Part shown: positions 22,105-32,051 of the stretch, one piece after another
Position numbering within the stretch: the first letter of the stretch is position 1
Layout of the letters: each line of letters opens with the position of its first letter
Origin: Trichomonas gallinae
Lineage: Eukaryota
NCBI GenBank assembly: GCA_008369845.1
Contig: MRSU01011332.1
Coordinates: forward strand, 1 to 34,018
Length of the DNA stretch: 34,018 nt
Direction of reading: 5' to 3'
Position numbers and translations under genes: made by a program
Notes under the pieces: generated by a model
What the model saw: the letters and a program-made list of their open reading frames with translations, nothing else
Told to the model about the DNA's origin: nothing
The model's database searches: none

Positions 22105-24231
22105 TTAAGAAACAGCTAAGTAATAAGCTGCTGGATAAACAGGTTGGAAAGATGCTGGTTGAATAAGCTGTACTGGGTGTCCAATAGCAAATCTTGGGTA
22201 CACGACATCATCATCAATGTCTCTGAATGTCTTAGGATAAACAGGGAATCTTTGTCTTTTCGAAATCATGCATGCAACAATTGCTGCTGTCATAACTACC
22301 AAACTAACAATGATAACACCAAATAATAGAACAACTAACAAAATGATCTTCTTCCTTGTAGATATATTAGTAACAAAATCAGAAACGCTCAAAGCATCAC
22401 CTCCATCGGAATTTTCATCAATTGTTGTGCTGAAAGTTATCGGCTGGAGTTGCTTGCAGTCAGATATGCATGCATCAATGATTTTAATGCTGCCTGCATG
22501 AGGAGGAGTCAAGACTTTGATATGCAATAAAACAGATCCTGAAGGTATTTTCTCTGTAGTGTCTATTAATGCCATATCAGAGTTATAAACATCGATTTTG
22601 ATGTGCTTTGTAAATGGATTGGTTATAGAAATCTGATGATCGCTGAATCTTTCATAATATATGCAAGTACTCCATCCGCGCTTGAAGGATTCATTGCATG
22701 GTGTTCCCTCTATGCTCATCGAGAAATAAGAAACAATCTGGGATGTCACATAAAAATCATTGCATTTGAATGGAAGAGGCTCGGCTTTCGTGTTATTTTG
22801 CAGTACAAAGGCATGATATAAAGTCTGCTTCGTGTTGACAATGATATCAATATATCCAGCAAACTCACTGAAATAAAAACTAATATCGTTGTGTGGCAAT
22901 GCCATGTAAAGAATGCCTTCTGCTGTATAAACTTCTGCAGAGATTTCTGACGGAAGGTTAGGTGTCGAATTCCAGAGTTTAAATTTTGCTCCAGGATTGA
23001 GAAAATATGCCTTAATGGAATATTTAAACGAGAAAGTAGCGAAAGGAGCATCTAAAACTATCTCACTCGGCTCATTTTGTGTCCTGAAAGAATCCAGTGT
23101 CTGCCAGTCTATGTTTCTTACAATGACAGAATTTCCTTTGAGGGTCATTCTTTTATCATTCATAATGAAATAGGCTATATATGAATATGGAGACAGTTTC
23201 TGCGGAATAATCATGAAGATTGAGTCTTGAAAAACTATGCTATCTTGCTTAGAATAAACTTGAATCTTTTTTGGTCGAATTAATTGGAATTTTTCTCCAC
23301 CATATATTTCATAATCGATTCTAATACGTTGTAATTCGTCCGATAAGTAAATTAAACATGTCTTTGATGATGCTTTTGATACAGAAATTGATGACCAAAT
23401 CGAATTTGTTATTGCAACAGCTCTTTTGTCTTGATAATTGATGTGGATTTCATCACATGCTACATCATCACTAACTACAATATAATTTATCATCAATTCC
23501 TTTGTTTTAGCGAAAGGAAAATAAATCAACAATTTTTCACCGAAATTCAGTGCAAATATAGGATCTAAAGGATTTAATAGTCTATGCTCATCCGAATCAT
23601 TGTATAAAATTGCTGTGATTCCCTGTTTTAATGGAATTGAAAAAATGCATTTTGATTGTTTTTTCAAACTTACTGTGCATGGGAAGCTAGTAAGAGATCC
23701 TGATGTCGTAAGATAGCTGTGTGTTATAGAATCTGCAATCATTTGAGATGTTTTGAATGGAAATTCTGCAAAGAAAGGATATGCAGGCGCATTAGTTTCT
23801 TCACGAACAACAAAGTGTCTTTCTCCGTCATTGCCTTGAATACATCGATGAAATGGATGCCAAACAAAAGTTGTACTCGAATATGAAATCAAAATTTCGT
23901 TTGGATGCGTGGTAATTATAACAGATTCGTATGTTGAAGAAATGATGCGGAACTGAATAATAAAAGTAAGGTTTGAATTAAAATGGAAAGTTATTGTTGC
24001 GTTTACATTGAGATTTGTTATATAGCCATGTTGGTTCGGAGGTGATAGTTTTAAAATTGCGTTGTCTTGATTGATTGTGCAGCTCCAATTTGATTCTGGA
24101 TAAACAAAAAACATATAATTCATGTTTTTTATGTCAAATACTACTTTATCATCTTTGGTTACATTTCTGGAGAATATCTGCGAGTTTTCTACAAGAATTG
24201 AAAAACCAAGATGAAACAAAAATGCAAACAT
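22105..24231 (-). CDS. Hypothetical type I membrane/surface protein
   Basis: Short signal peptide MFAFLFHLGFS after a TCATT initiator; ~620-aa ectodomain; long hydrophobic TM segment; cytosolic tail with three VYP motifs. Confidence 0.85.
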   Translation of the reverse strand: MFAFLFHLGFSILVENSQIFSRNVTKDDKVVFDIKNMNYMFFVYPESNWSCTINQDNAILKLSPPNQHGYITNLNVNATITFHFNSNLTFIIQFRIISSTYESVIITTHPNEILISYSSTTFVWHPFHRCIQGNDGERHFVVREETNAPAYPFFAEFPFKTSQMIADSITHSYLTTSGSLTSFPCTVSLKKQSKCIFSIPLKQGITAILYNDSDEHRLLNPLDPIFALNFGEKLLIYFPFAKTKELMINYIVVSDDVACDEIHINYQDKRAVAITNSIWSSISVSKASSKTCLIYLSDELQRIRIDYEIYGGEKFQLIRPKKIQVYSKQDSIVFQDSIFMIIPQKLSPYSYIAYFIMNDKRMTLKGNSVIVRNIDWQTLDSFRTQNEPSEIVLDAPFATFSFKYSIKAYFLNPGAKFKLWNSTPNLPSEISAEVYTAEGILYMALPHNDISFYFSEFAGYIDIIVNTKQTLYHAFVLQNNTKAEPLPFKCNDFYVTSQIVSYFSMSIEGTPCNESFKRGWSTCIYYERFSDHQISITNPFTKHIKIDVYNSDMALIDTTEKIPSGSVLLHIKVLTPPHAGSIKIIDACISDCKQLQPITFSTTIDENSDGGDALSVSDFVTNISTRKKIILLVVLLFGVIIVSLVVMTAAIVACMISKRQRFPVYPKTFRDIDDDVVYPRFAIGHPVQLIQPASFQPVYPAAYYLAVS

Positions 24232-24333
24232 CAACAAAAATGACTCTTAAAATCAGTGAAAAATTGCATCCTAATAGATATACTCATTATTCCATTCGTT
24301 TTTAAGTTAAATTATAGAAAATTGACATTAAAT

Positions 24334-24459
24334 TTACATGTCAAAAACTATAAACAACCTTAAATTAAGCGTCAAAAATTGGTATACATGTCAAAAATAT
24401 GATTTGAATATATTACGTGTCAAAACTTGTTACATGTCAAATCTATCAATTACATGTCA
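24334..24459 (+). repeat. Cluster of 5-6 TTACRTGTCAAA-like motifs
   Basis: Copies at 24334, 24365 (degenerate), 24384, 24413, 24430 and 24450, about 100-230 nt upstream of the surface-protein gene. Confidence 0.85.
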
Positions 24460-24770
24460 AAAATTCAATAATCCATCGACTTTTTCATAATGTCGCCCTA
24501 ACCTCTGAATATTTTTCCTTTTTCTTCCAAGTATATTGACTATCATAGACATATCAATTTACTTTATAATTTTCCATATGGATGAATGGAACAATCGAAT
24601 CAAATTTCTCTCAAAATTGACTAATTGGATACAAAACAATTTCAAAAATTGAATGAGTCTTGAAAAAACTGTAGCAAAATTAGCAAGCAATTTTAATATA
24701 ACATAAAGCATGACTAATGTGAAAAATAATATTATTTATGTTAAACAAACAATAATATGTGAGAAATTTA

Positions 24771-25283
24771 TCACCAGAATGCAGGGAGTGGTGTGGATGA
24801 TGGTGATGACAAATTTGGAGCTTCTGTGAGTGGAAAATCATGTGATTCTTTCTTTGTGCAATCAATAAACGCATTAATTTTGAGAGAGCGATCCTTCATC
24901 TCTTTCTTCATTAAGCGAATATCATTTAGGCGGCTTGCTTCCATGCGAAGTTCGTTATTTGCTGTAACTTTTGCACAATATACTGTGCAAGAACCTTGAT
25001 GATTTTCGCGTGCAATTTTGACTAAGTTTTGCATCTCTGCCTTGGATCCAATGTTTTCACTTTCATTAAGAACAAAAATGAAATCTTCATTCTTCACACC
25101 CTGATTCACAAAGTTGTTTCTTTTGTCTAATATTTGTCCGCAGTAAAAATACTTGTTTGGCAGTTTATACAATTTGTCCAATATTGAAACGGTTGAATGC
25201 TTTGTTACAACAATTGATCTTGTTTGAATTGTCTTGCTGCATAAGTACAGCTGCAGCTTTGAACTGGTCTCTATCTGTGACAT
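24771..25283 (-). CDS. Ubiquitin-like-domain hypothetical protein (PLPxFW-ending family)
   Basis: Ubl-like segment YFYCGQILDKRNNFVNQGVKNEDFIFVL, EASRLND helix, C-terminus PSSTPLPAFW. Start is uncertain (MSQIET ATG, or the Met six codons upstream); the track start at 25400 is a GTG inside the repeat element. Confidence 0.75.
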   Translation of the reverse strand: MSQIETSSKLQLYLCSKTIQTRSIVVTKHSTVSILDKLYKLPNKYFYCGQILDKRNNFVNQGVKNEDFIFVLNESENIGSKAEMQNLVKIARENHQGSCTVYCAKVTANNELRMEASRLNDIRLMKKEMKDRSLKINAFIDCTKKESHDFPLTEAPNLSSPSSTPLPAFW

Positions 25284-25355
25284 CTTGTATGCAGACACAA
25301 TCATCTGATTTACTTGATGAAAAATGAAAAATTTTCCATGATGATGTTTGTCAAA

Positions 25356-25868
25356 AAATGCGGAACGAAAAGTGATAAGTTTACATGACAAATTTGACAC
25401 GTAAAGTGTCCAAAAAGTGATACTTTAGACAGGGGGTACATCCATTTCTGTCACTTTTCAAATGCTTTTGATGCTGGATTGTGAACTAAAAAACTAAATG
25501 TTTGAGATAAAGAGTTTGAAGAAATTTAAGAAGATAGTACAAGCATCAGATATTGCGTCTTCTGTTGATCTCGCTCGAGATCTAAACTTCGATGAATTTA
25601 GATTTCGAGCGAGATCAACAGAAATTGATGTAACTTGTCTGCAACAAAGCATCATATTGTAATATAAACCTTTGCTGCAGACAAGTGACATTTGCTCTTA
25701 CCAGTTTCTAAAACAGGGGTGGGGGCTCTACATCCATTTCTGACACTTTTTAAAATTGACCCCCCACCCCTGTTTTAGTTCTGTCACTTTTTTGTACTTT
25801 ACTTGTCAAATTTGACGTGTAAACATGTCACTTTTCATTATGCATTTCGGTACAGGACATGTCCTGTA
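25356..25868. repeat. Multi-hairpin inverted-repeat locus B (MITE/foldback-like or structured ncRNA)
   Basis: Outer imperfect IR 25367-25435/25767-25836; inner hairpins 25560-25623, 25628-25691 and 25708-25778; direct repeat at 25437 and 25729; 18-bp palindrome at 25851-25868. No transposase and no clear TSD. Confidence 0.75.
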
Positions 25869-26235
25869 GGAGTGGTCATGATATGGGTCTGTGTAATTAA
25901 ATTTTCAGAATTATAAGAATTTCTAACTAAAATGATGTAAATAAGTGTTTTATAACATATAATGGCTTCCTCAACTAACAAAAACAAAATTCTTGCAAAT
26001 CTCTCAAATTTCAAAAAAAATATTGACACGTAAAGTTTTGAAAAAAAAATTAAAAAAAAATGCGCATTGTTGGATAAATTTGGCAAGATCGATAATGTTT
26101 TGAAAGGATAATAAGCATGGAGCCGGGAGAGCAGGATTCATATGAGAAATTATTAGTTATATACAGCATCTATAATTGTAGGAGATGATTGCAAATACAT
26201 TAATTAAGGATAGGGTGAAATAGTTTAATAAAAAT

Positions 26236-27492
26236 CTAACAAATCATTCTGCGCAAAGGTAACTTATTTGGACGGCATGGAAATCGATACTCATTTGTCC
26301 CTTTTGCGCGAATTGTTGATGTTCTTTGAGGTCTGTACAAATAATGACGACCTTTAAAATCAATTTCGTCATCACGATTTTGATCAGTCTGATAGTCAAC
26401 TCTGTAGCGTGGAGACTTGCCTCTGTCCCTGATCTCGTCCATCTCTTTATTTCTTGGCGCCAAAGAGAAAGGAGCCAGATTTTCTTTGCCGATTGTTATT
26501 TTTTGCGTATTCCACTCGTAAACTTGGTCATTCTTGAACCCATATCTCTTGAACGCTGCCTTTAGGAGGTTGCGGAGGTACGTGTAGTCAGGATTTTCGG
26601 CAAAGCCGAGATTTCTTACGTAAATCATATAATCTTGAAATTCGGCTGGAAGTTCAGAGCAAAGCGTATAAATCGGCGTCTCTTCTTTCATCCTCGCGAT
26701 CTTTTGGTATTTGTCTTCGCGTGTTGTTCCGTTTAATCCCATCCACGGAAGCTTTCCTTTAATTAGATAAATCCAGACATAGCAAAGAGATTCTAGGTCA
26801 TCTCTACGGGATTGTTCGCGGCCTCTGAGGGCTCCAATTGATGCATAGCGAGCTGTACCTGTTAAGCTCTTTCCTTCCAAGTAATTAATATGTTCATTAG
26901 TGATATCGTCTCTATAACGCTTGCAAAGGCCGAAATCGATCGAAAATACTCTTGTAGAGTTTGAACCGGTACCAATCATGAAATTATCAGGTTTAATATC
27001 GCGATGTAAATAATTTTTATTATGAATATACTGAATTGCTGAAAGCATTTGGTCAGCAAGCATCAATACTGTCTTGAGAGATAGCTTTTGTCCATATTTT
27101 TGGAATAAATCTTCAAGAGAACAACCTAATAAATCGATTACCATGATTCTGTGATTTTTTTCGATTCCTGTCCAATGAATCATTGGTATATGAGATCCTC
27201 CTGCGAACTTATTATATAGTTTTGCTTCGTAAGAAAGCTGTGGAGCTGGTGAATTAATTGGTTCAAACTTTGCAGCATATAATTCATGAGTCAAAGTATG
27301 CTCAACAAGGTATATCTTGCCGAATGAGCCTGCTCCCAGCTTCCTTTTGATATAATAATAAGTCCCTACTGTTCTATCCAAAGCAAAATAATTGCTAAAC
27401 GTCTTTGTTATCAAAAAATTGTGAATTGGCAGGTTTGCAAAAAGAAAATGCGACTTAATCCGTAATAACAAGCCGTTCATGAAACTGAGCAT
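26236..27492 (-). CDS. Casein kinase 1 family protein kinase
   Basis: LGAGSFGKIY, LLGCSLEDLF, HRDIKPDNF, IDFGL, LTGTARYAS, EQSRRDDLES, LPWMGL. Start codon is uncertain (see findings). Confidence 0.95.
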   Translation of the reverse strand: MLSFMNGLLLRIKSHFLFANLPIHNFLITKTFSNYFALDRTVGTYYYIKRKLGAGSFGKIYLVEHTLTHELYAAKFEPINSPAPQLSYEAKLYNKFAGGSHIPMIHWTGIEKNHRIMVIDLLGCSLEDLFQKYGQKLSLKTVLMLADQMLSAIQYIHNKNYLHRDIKPDNFMIGTGSNSTRVFSIDFGLCKRYRDDITNEHINYLEGKSLTGTARYASIGALRGREQSRRDDLESLCYVWIYLIKGKLPWMGLNGTTREDKYQKIARMKEETPIYTLCSELPAEFQDYMIYVRNLGFAENPDYTYLRNLLKAAFKRYGFKNDQVYEWNTQKITIGKENLAPFSLAPRNKEMDEIRDRGKSPRYRVDYQTDQNRDDEIDFKGRHYLYRPQRTSTIRAKGTNEYRFPCRPNKLPLRRMIC

Positions 27493-28423
27493 TCTTCATG
27501 CATAAATAATCAACCAGATGATTAGTTTTATAACCTTATTTTAACGTACAAATTCCAAAATTATTTTCGGTTATAAATATATAATTTTTTTAGTAATAAT
27601 AAAATTAATGTTTCCATAAATTCATAATTATCTTTTTTGCCTCAACTTTATTCTGAAAGATTTTATTTAACTTAGAACTCACGGTTGATATACTTCTCCT
27701 TTCTATTTTACAGTGCATCATTAAGTATCGTTTTTGGTTCACAGGTGTGATATTCCAATCAGCTTTGCTAAATTTACTTACATGCATTGCATATCATATA
27801 GGGCATTTAGATATTGCATTGTGTATTTCCAAAATTTGTTCTTCCTATCGGTATGTCTAACTGTTTAGAATTTAGTCAAGGGCGAAAAAAACGTTATCAG
27901 TGTAAACAATTTGGTTTTTTATTTATCGATTTGATTTCAATCACAACTATTACATGCATTTACTATAGCATAGATAATAGTCTTGAGTTAATTATTGTCG
28001 TGATTTAATTAAGAAAGGATGTCTGCCAAATTGAGAACTTTTCAAATAATTCATACTCCGAAGAAAAAATCCAACAAAAAAAATCAAATAACCTTAATAT
28101 GAAAAATTAAACAATATATGAAATGGTTATAATAATAGGAGGACATGTCCTTTATCATTTAATATGTGCTATCACAATTTAAACCAAGAGTTTATCTGAT
28201 ATAAGAAAATTTTTTATCTGATATTCTTAATTAATGTGTTTTAGAATGGATTTGAATAGTACTAAAGTCAGTCTATAGCTATTGGTCTGATAATTAGGGA
28301 ATTCATGTTATAATGTATTAAAAAAATTTAATTTAAATAGAATTGTATGATTTCTGGCTTATATTCGAAAGTTTTACTGTATTTGAGTTATATAAAGCAT
28401 TGAGTCAAAATCATTTTTGAAGA

Positions 28424-29116
28424 ATGAATTCATCCAAACTGACAGTATGCGAGAAAATATTGTCAGGAATGCTAAATCTGCCGATTTCGAATATATTTTG
28501 GGAACGCAAAATATATTATCAAGGAAAATTGCTTGAAATGCCAATTTCATTTCAGGAAATATCATTGAGAGTGCAAAGAAACAACTACAAGTCAATAGAT
28601 GAGTTCAAAAACGATATCCAATTGATAATAAACGACATGAAGTACGTAAAAAGAAAGAATCCGATGCTGGTAATTTGCAGTTCAATTATGCAAGAAGAAT
28701 TTGATCGACTATTGCATCTATATTCAGACAAGTCTTCGAAAATCAAAATTGAAGAAACAAAACTCGATTTATATTTTCAAAATATTAATTTAAAACTCGA
28801 TGAACTAAAAAAATCAACATTAATCGATACAAAATCTGGTACTGAATACGCATCATATATACTCAGTAAAGATCCAAAATCATATTCTCCACAAGATTTA
28901 GCAGATCTTCTAAAAATCATAAAAGACTCCGAAATAATTACAAAAATAGCTGCTTTTGTCTTTAACATTCAACCAGAAGCAATTTCAATTAATCAGGGAT
29001 TATCATTTCATATTTCATTGATTAACAGCGTCTACATACCAGGTATAGTTCAATACGCATTTGATCTGCTTAAAGGGATTGATAATAGCGATAATATTCA
29101 AAATCCAAAAGAGTAA
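28424..29116 (+). CDS. Divergent bromodomain-like protein, possible ET-like C-terminal domain
   Basis: PISFQEISLRVQRNNYKSIDEFKNDIQLII resembles bromodomain helices A-B; TCATT initiator 13 nt upstream of the ATG. Confidence 0.75.
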   Translation: MNSSKLTVCEKILSGMLNLPISNIFWERKIYYQGKLLEMPISFQEISLRVQRNNYKSIDEFKNDIQLIINDMKYVKRKNPMLVICSSIMQEEFDRLLHLYSDKSSKIKIEETKLDLYFQNINLKLDELKKSTLIDTKSGTEYASYILSKDPKSYSPQDLADLLKIIKDSEIITKIAAFVFNIQPEAISINQGLSFHISLINSVYIPGIVQYAFDLLKGIDNSDNIQNPKE

Positions 29117-30060
29117 TTTTCAGTTTTCTATATGTGAAAATTATGTTGTGTTATTTATAAATGTTTTGTATATTAATGGTTACAGCCTACTCCTACTTAA
29201 CGCTTGTATATTTTTTTGATATATTTAATAGATGCTAACAGATGACATTAAATTGTCATATAGAGGCATACATCTAGTTATCTCGACTGACCAAATAAAT
29301 ATATTATTTTTAAAATTTTATTAACCATTAGAACCATTGCAATGATATGGAGAGAAATAATTTACTCTAAAATTAAGGTATAAATACCAATTTGTTTGAA
29401 ACTGTGAACTTTCATAAAAACATTCAATTAATATGATAACAACAGGTAAAATTTTAGGCATAGTCATATACTTTATAGTAGTTATCAAATGTATAGTCAG
29501 CTCTCATTAACTCATATTGTCTGACATAAAATGCTACCACATCTGGTAGCAAATCGAGTCAAGCGATCAAAACAAAATTGATGATATTGCTGATGGCGAG
29601 TATATTGAAAAGGCAACTACTTAATATTATTCTTTTGAGTCAAAACAATCAATAATTTGAAATATTCGTCGATATCAGCCGATTCCGAATTAGGCCAGTA
29701 TTTCTAGTGTATCTCAATGTTATTCGAATTGGTTGCATTTTTTATCCTAATGACATTATTACAAAATAATTTATTTAATAATTCAATTTTTAGCATTAAT
29801 TTCCAAATTTTCCACAGAAATGTTTGAGATTTTGAAAAACTAACTTGATATTTTTGGTGTATAATTTTTATTGTATTTATAAATCAAGTAAAATCGAATT
29901 TTAAATTTTGTAAAATCATTGAACAACTCATTCTGTTTGTTTGTATAATATACAATGATAGATTAAAATTTTGAAAAAAATTCAGAGGAACTTTTCGTAG
30001 ATCATTCAAATATAAAAGTAAACTATTCAAAATAATTGTAAACCATTCAAATCTATTCAA

Positions 30061-30786
30061 ATGCAGGAATCATCGCTGTCTGAGTGGGCGATCCCGATTC
30101 CCCAGCTGGATGATTTCGAGAATATTGAAACCAGTTGTCCGTATATCATCAATGAAAACGTGGATGATATTGTTGAAATGTCTGAAAGGGGAGATTTCGT
30201 ACACATCACTCCTTCTTTCTTGTCAAGATGGATAAATGGAGACATAATGATGCCATACAACCAATTTGTAGTTGTTGACTGCCGTTTTGATTACGAATAC
30301 AGAGGTGGCCACATTATTGGAGCGATAAACGTCAATAGCTACATGCAGATGATGCATCTATTCAAAAAATACGCTGGAAAGACAGTGGCTTTCATATTCC
30401 ACTGTGAATTTTCTCAAGATCGTGGCCCAAACTTCATGAAAATGTTTCGTTCTTACGATCGCTCGCTACACACATATCCAGAGCTTACTCACAAGCATCT
30501 CTTCCTACTCTCTGGTGGATACTCCAGATTCTTCCAGGAATGCTCTCACTTAACGACAGGAGCTTATATCCCGATGAGAGATAAAAATCACGTGCTAAAT
30601 GGAGATCTCAAGCGCCATTTCAGCATCTACAATGCACAGATTAACGAACCAAGGCATAATAAGATACAAAGGTTCCATTCTCAAGGATCAATTGGAATTT
30701 CCTGCTTTAGTGCAGAATCTTCCTCTTTTACCAAGAGTTTCGATGATACACATCATCCAGCATCCCAAGGCACAACATTATTTTAA
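30061..30786 (+). CDS. CDC25: Cdc25-like (rhodanese-fold) dual-specificity phosphatase
   Basis: DCRFDYEYRGGHIIGA, FHCEFSQDRGP (CX5R), LLSGGY and YIPM are Cdc25 signatures. Confidence 0.9.
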   Translation: MQESSLSEWAIPIPQLDDFENIETSCPYIINENVDDIVEMSERGDFVHITPSFLSRWINGDIMMPYNQFVVVDCRFDYEYRGGHIIGAINVNSYMQMMHLFKKYAGKTVAFIFHCEFSQDRGPNFMKMFRSYDRSLHTYPELTHKHLFLLSGGYSRFFQECSHLTTGAYIPMRDKNHVLNGDLKRHFSIYNAQINEPRHNKIQRFHSQGSIGISCFSAESSSFTKSFDDTHHPASQGTTLF

Positions 30787-32051
30787 TGTTTTTTGTCTCA
30801 ACACAATTCATACAATATTTAGTTGATTTTAATGTAAACTACAATGTTTAAGCGGTATATATTATACAATGGCCTATTTACAATATATAATACTACTCTT
30901 TGCTCGAAAATTCTCCAGATTTTCATTGGTGAACTCATTTGACCAACGAAAAGTGCCACTTATATTTGGTCTTTTTGTAAAATAATGCGGCCATTATATT
31001 TAAATATAGCCAAATATGCTTATCGAAATGAAATTGTTTTTTTTTTTTTTTTGATTTTTTAAAAAAGTTAAAATCTTTTTAATATTTTCAATTATATAAA
31101 TAATAGACGCGATTTTATAAAAAAATCTTGATTTATAAAAAAAATTATAATAACAATAGGATAATAAGGTGAAATAGTGAAATATTTTGTCATCACTAGT
31201 TTTACGCCTATCGATTTGGAAGAAAAAAAAACTTGATGGTAAAAATAATTTTTATGTATATAGTTATTAATATCATGAATATAATATAAATATTTTGTTG
31301 GTTAAACTTTTGATTTTATTGAAATCATTATTTGACAAGATTATTTCAATTTTGAGGCAGTTGTCACTTTTATGCATTCTGAAAACTTTTTATTTTTCAA
31401 TGTCACTTTTAATATGTTGTAAAATCAACGAACATGTTTCTCTGTAAAATGAACATAAAAGGTTTTAGCTATTTTTCGGAATTCTCTTTTGAATTTTTAT
31501 GAAGAAGTTTTGAGATGCCTGATAAAATTTTTATATAGCAGAGATAACAGTTCAAATGATGAAATTTTTCATTATTCTCTTAATTACCAACAAAAAAATT
31601 TTTTCCAAAAGACATAAAATTCAATACAATGAGCGAATATTCTATTACATGTCTATGACGGATAAAAAAGCTGCATTGAAATATCTGCAAAAAAAGGTGA
31701 GAAAAATCAGATAAATAACAGTTTACAGATCCTAATTCTCTCATATATATGCTATACGAACAATTTTATATATAATATCAATAAGTTTTTGATATAACTC
31801 TTATGTTTTAAGATATCTCGAATATTTATGACAGTTATAAACTATTTAAACATGATGACTATTCACATGTCAGTTCAGATAAGAGCAAAACGTTGCAATA
31901 ATTATTGTTTAATAAGTTTAAGAAATTCAAAAAATATAGAATTGTTATTTCACACGAATTAGTTATTTAAAATAGATGAAGAAGACAATATACCGAAGAT
32001 GTGCTGAATTTCAGCCAATGAATTAAACATTTTTCTGGATTTGAACCCAAT

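Noticed and set aside
23717..23728. Near match (minus strand) to the Trichomonas intron 3' motif ACTAACACACAG
   Set aside because: Imperfect branch site inside an uninterrupted long ORF; no intron is required.
24334..24459. CRISPR-like repeat-spacer appearance
   Set aside because: Repeats are only ~10-13 bp, spacing is irregular (17-31 bp), there are no cas genes, and the context is eukaryotic.
25708..25778. CAGGGGTGGGGG…CCCCCACCCCTG as a stand-alone hAT-type MITE
   Set aside because: Flanks are inverted (CTAAAA/TTTTAG) rather than an 8-bp direct TSD; treated as part of locus B.
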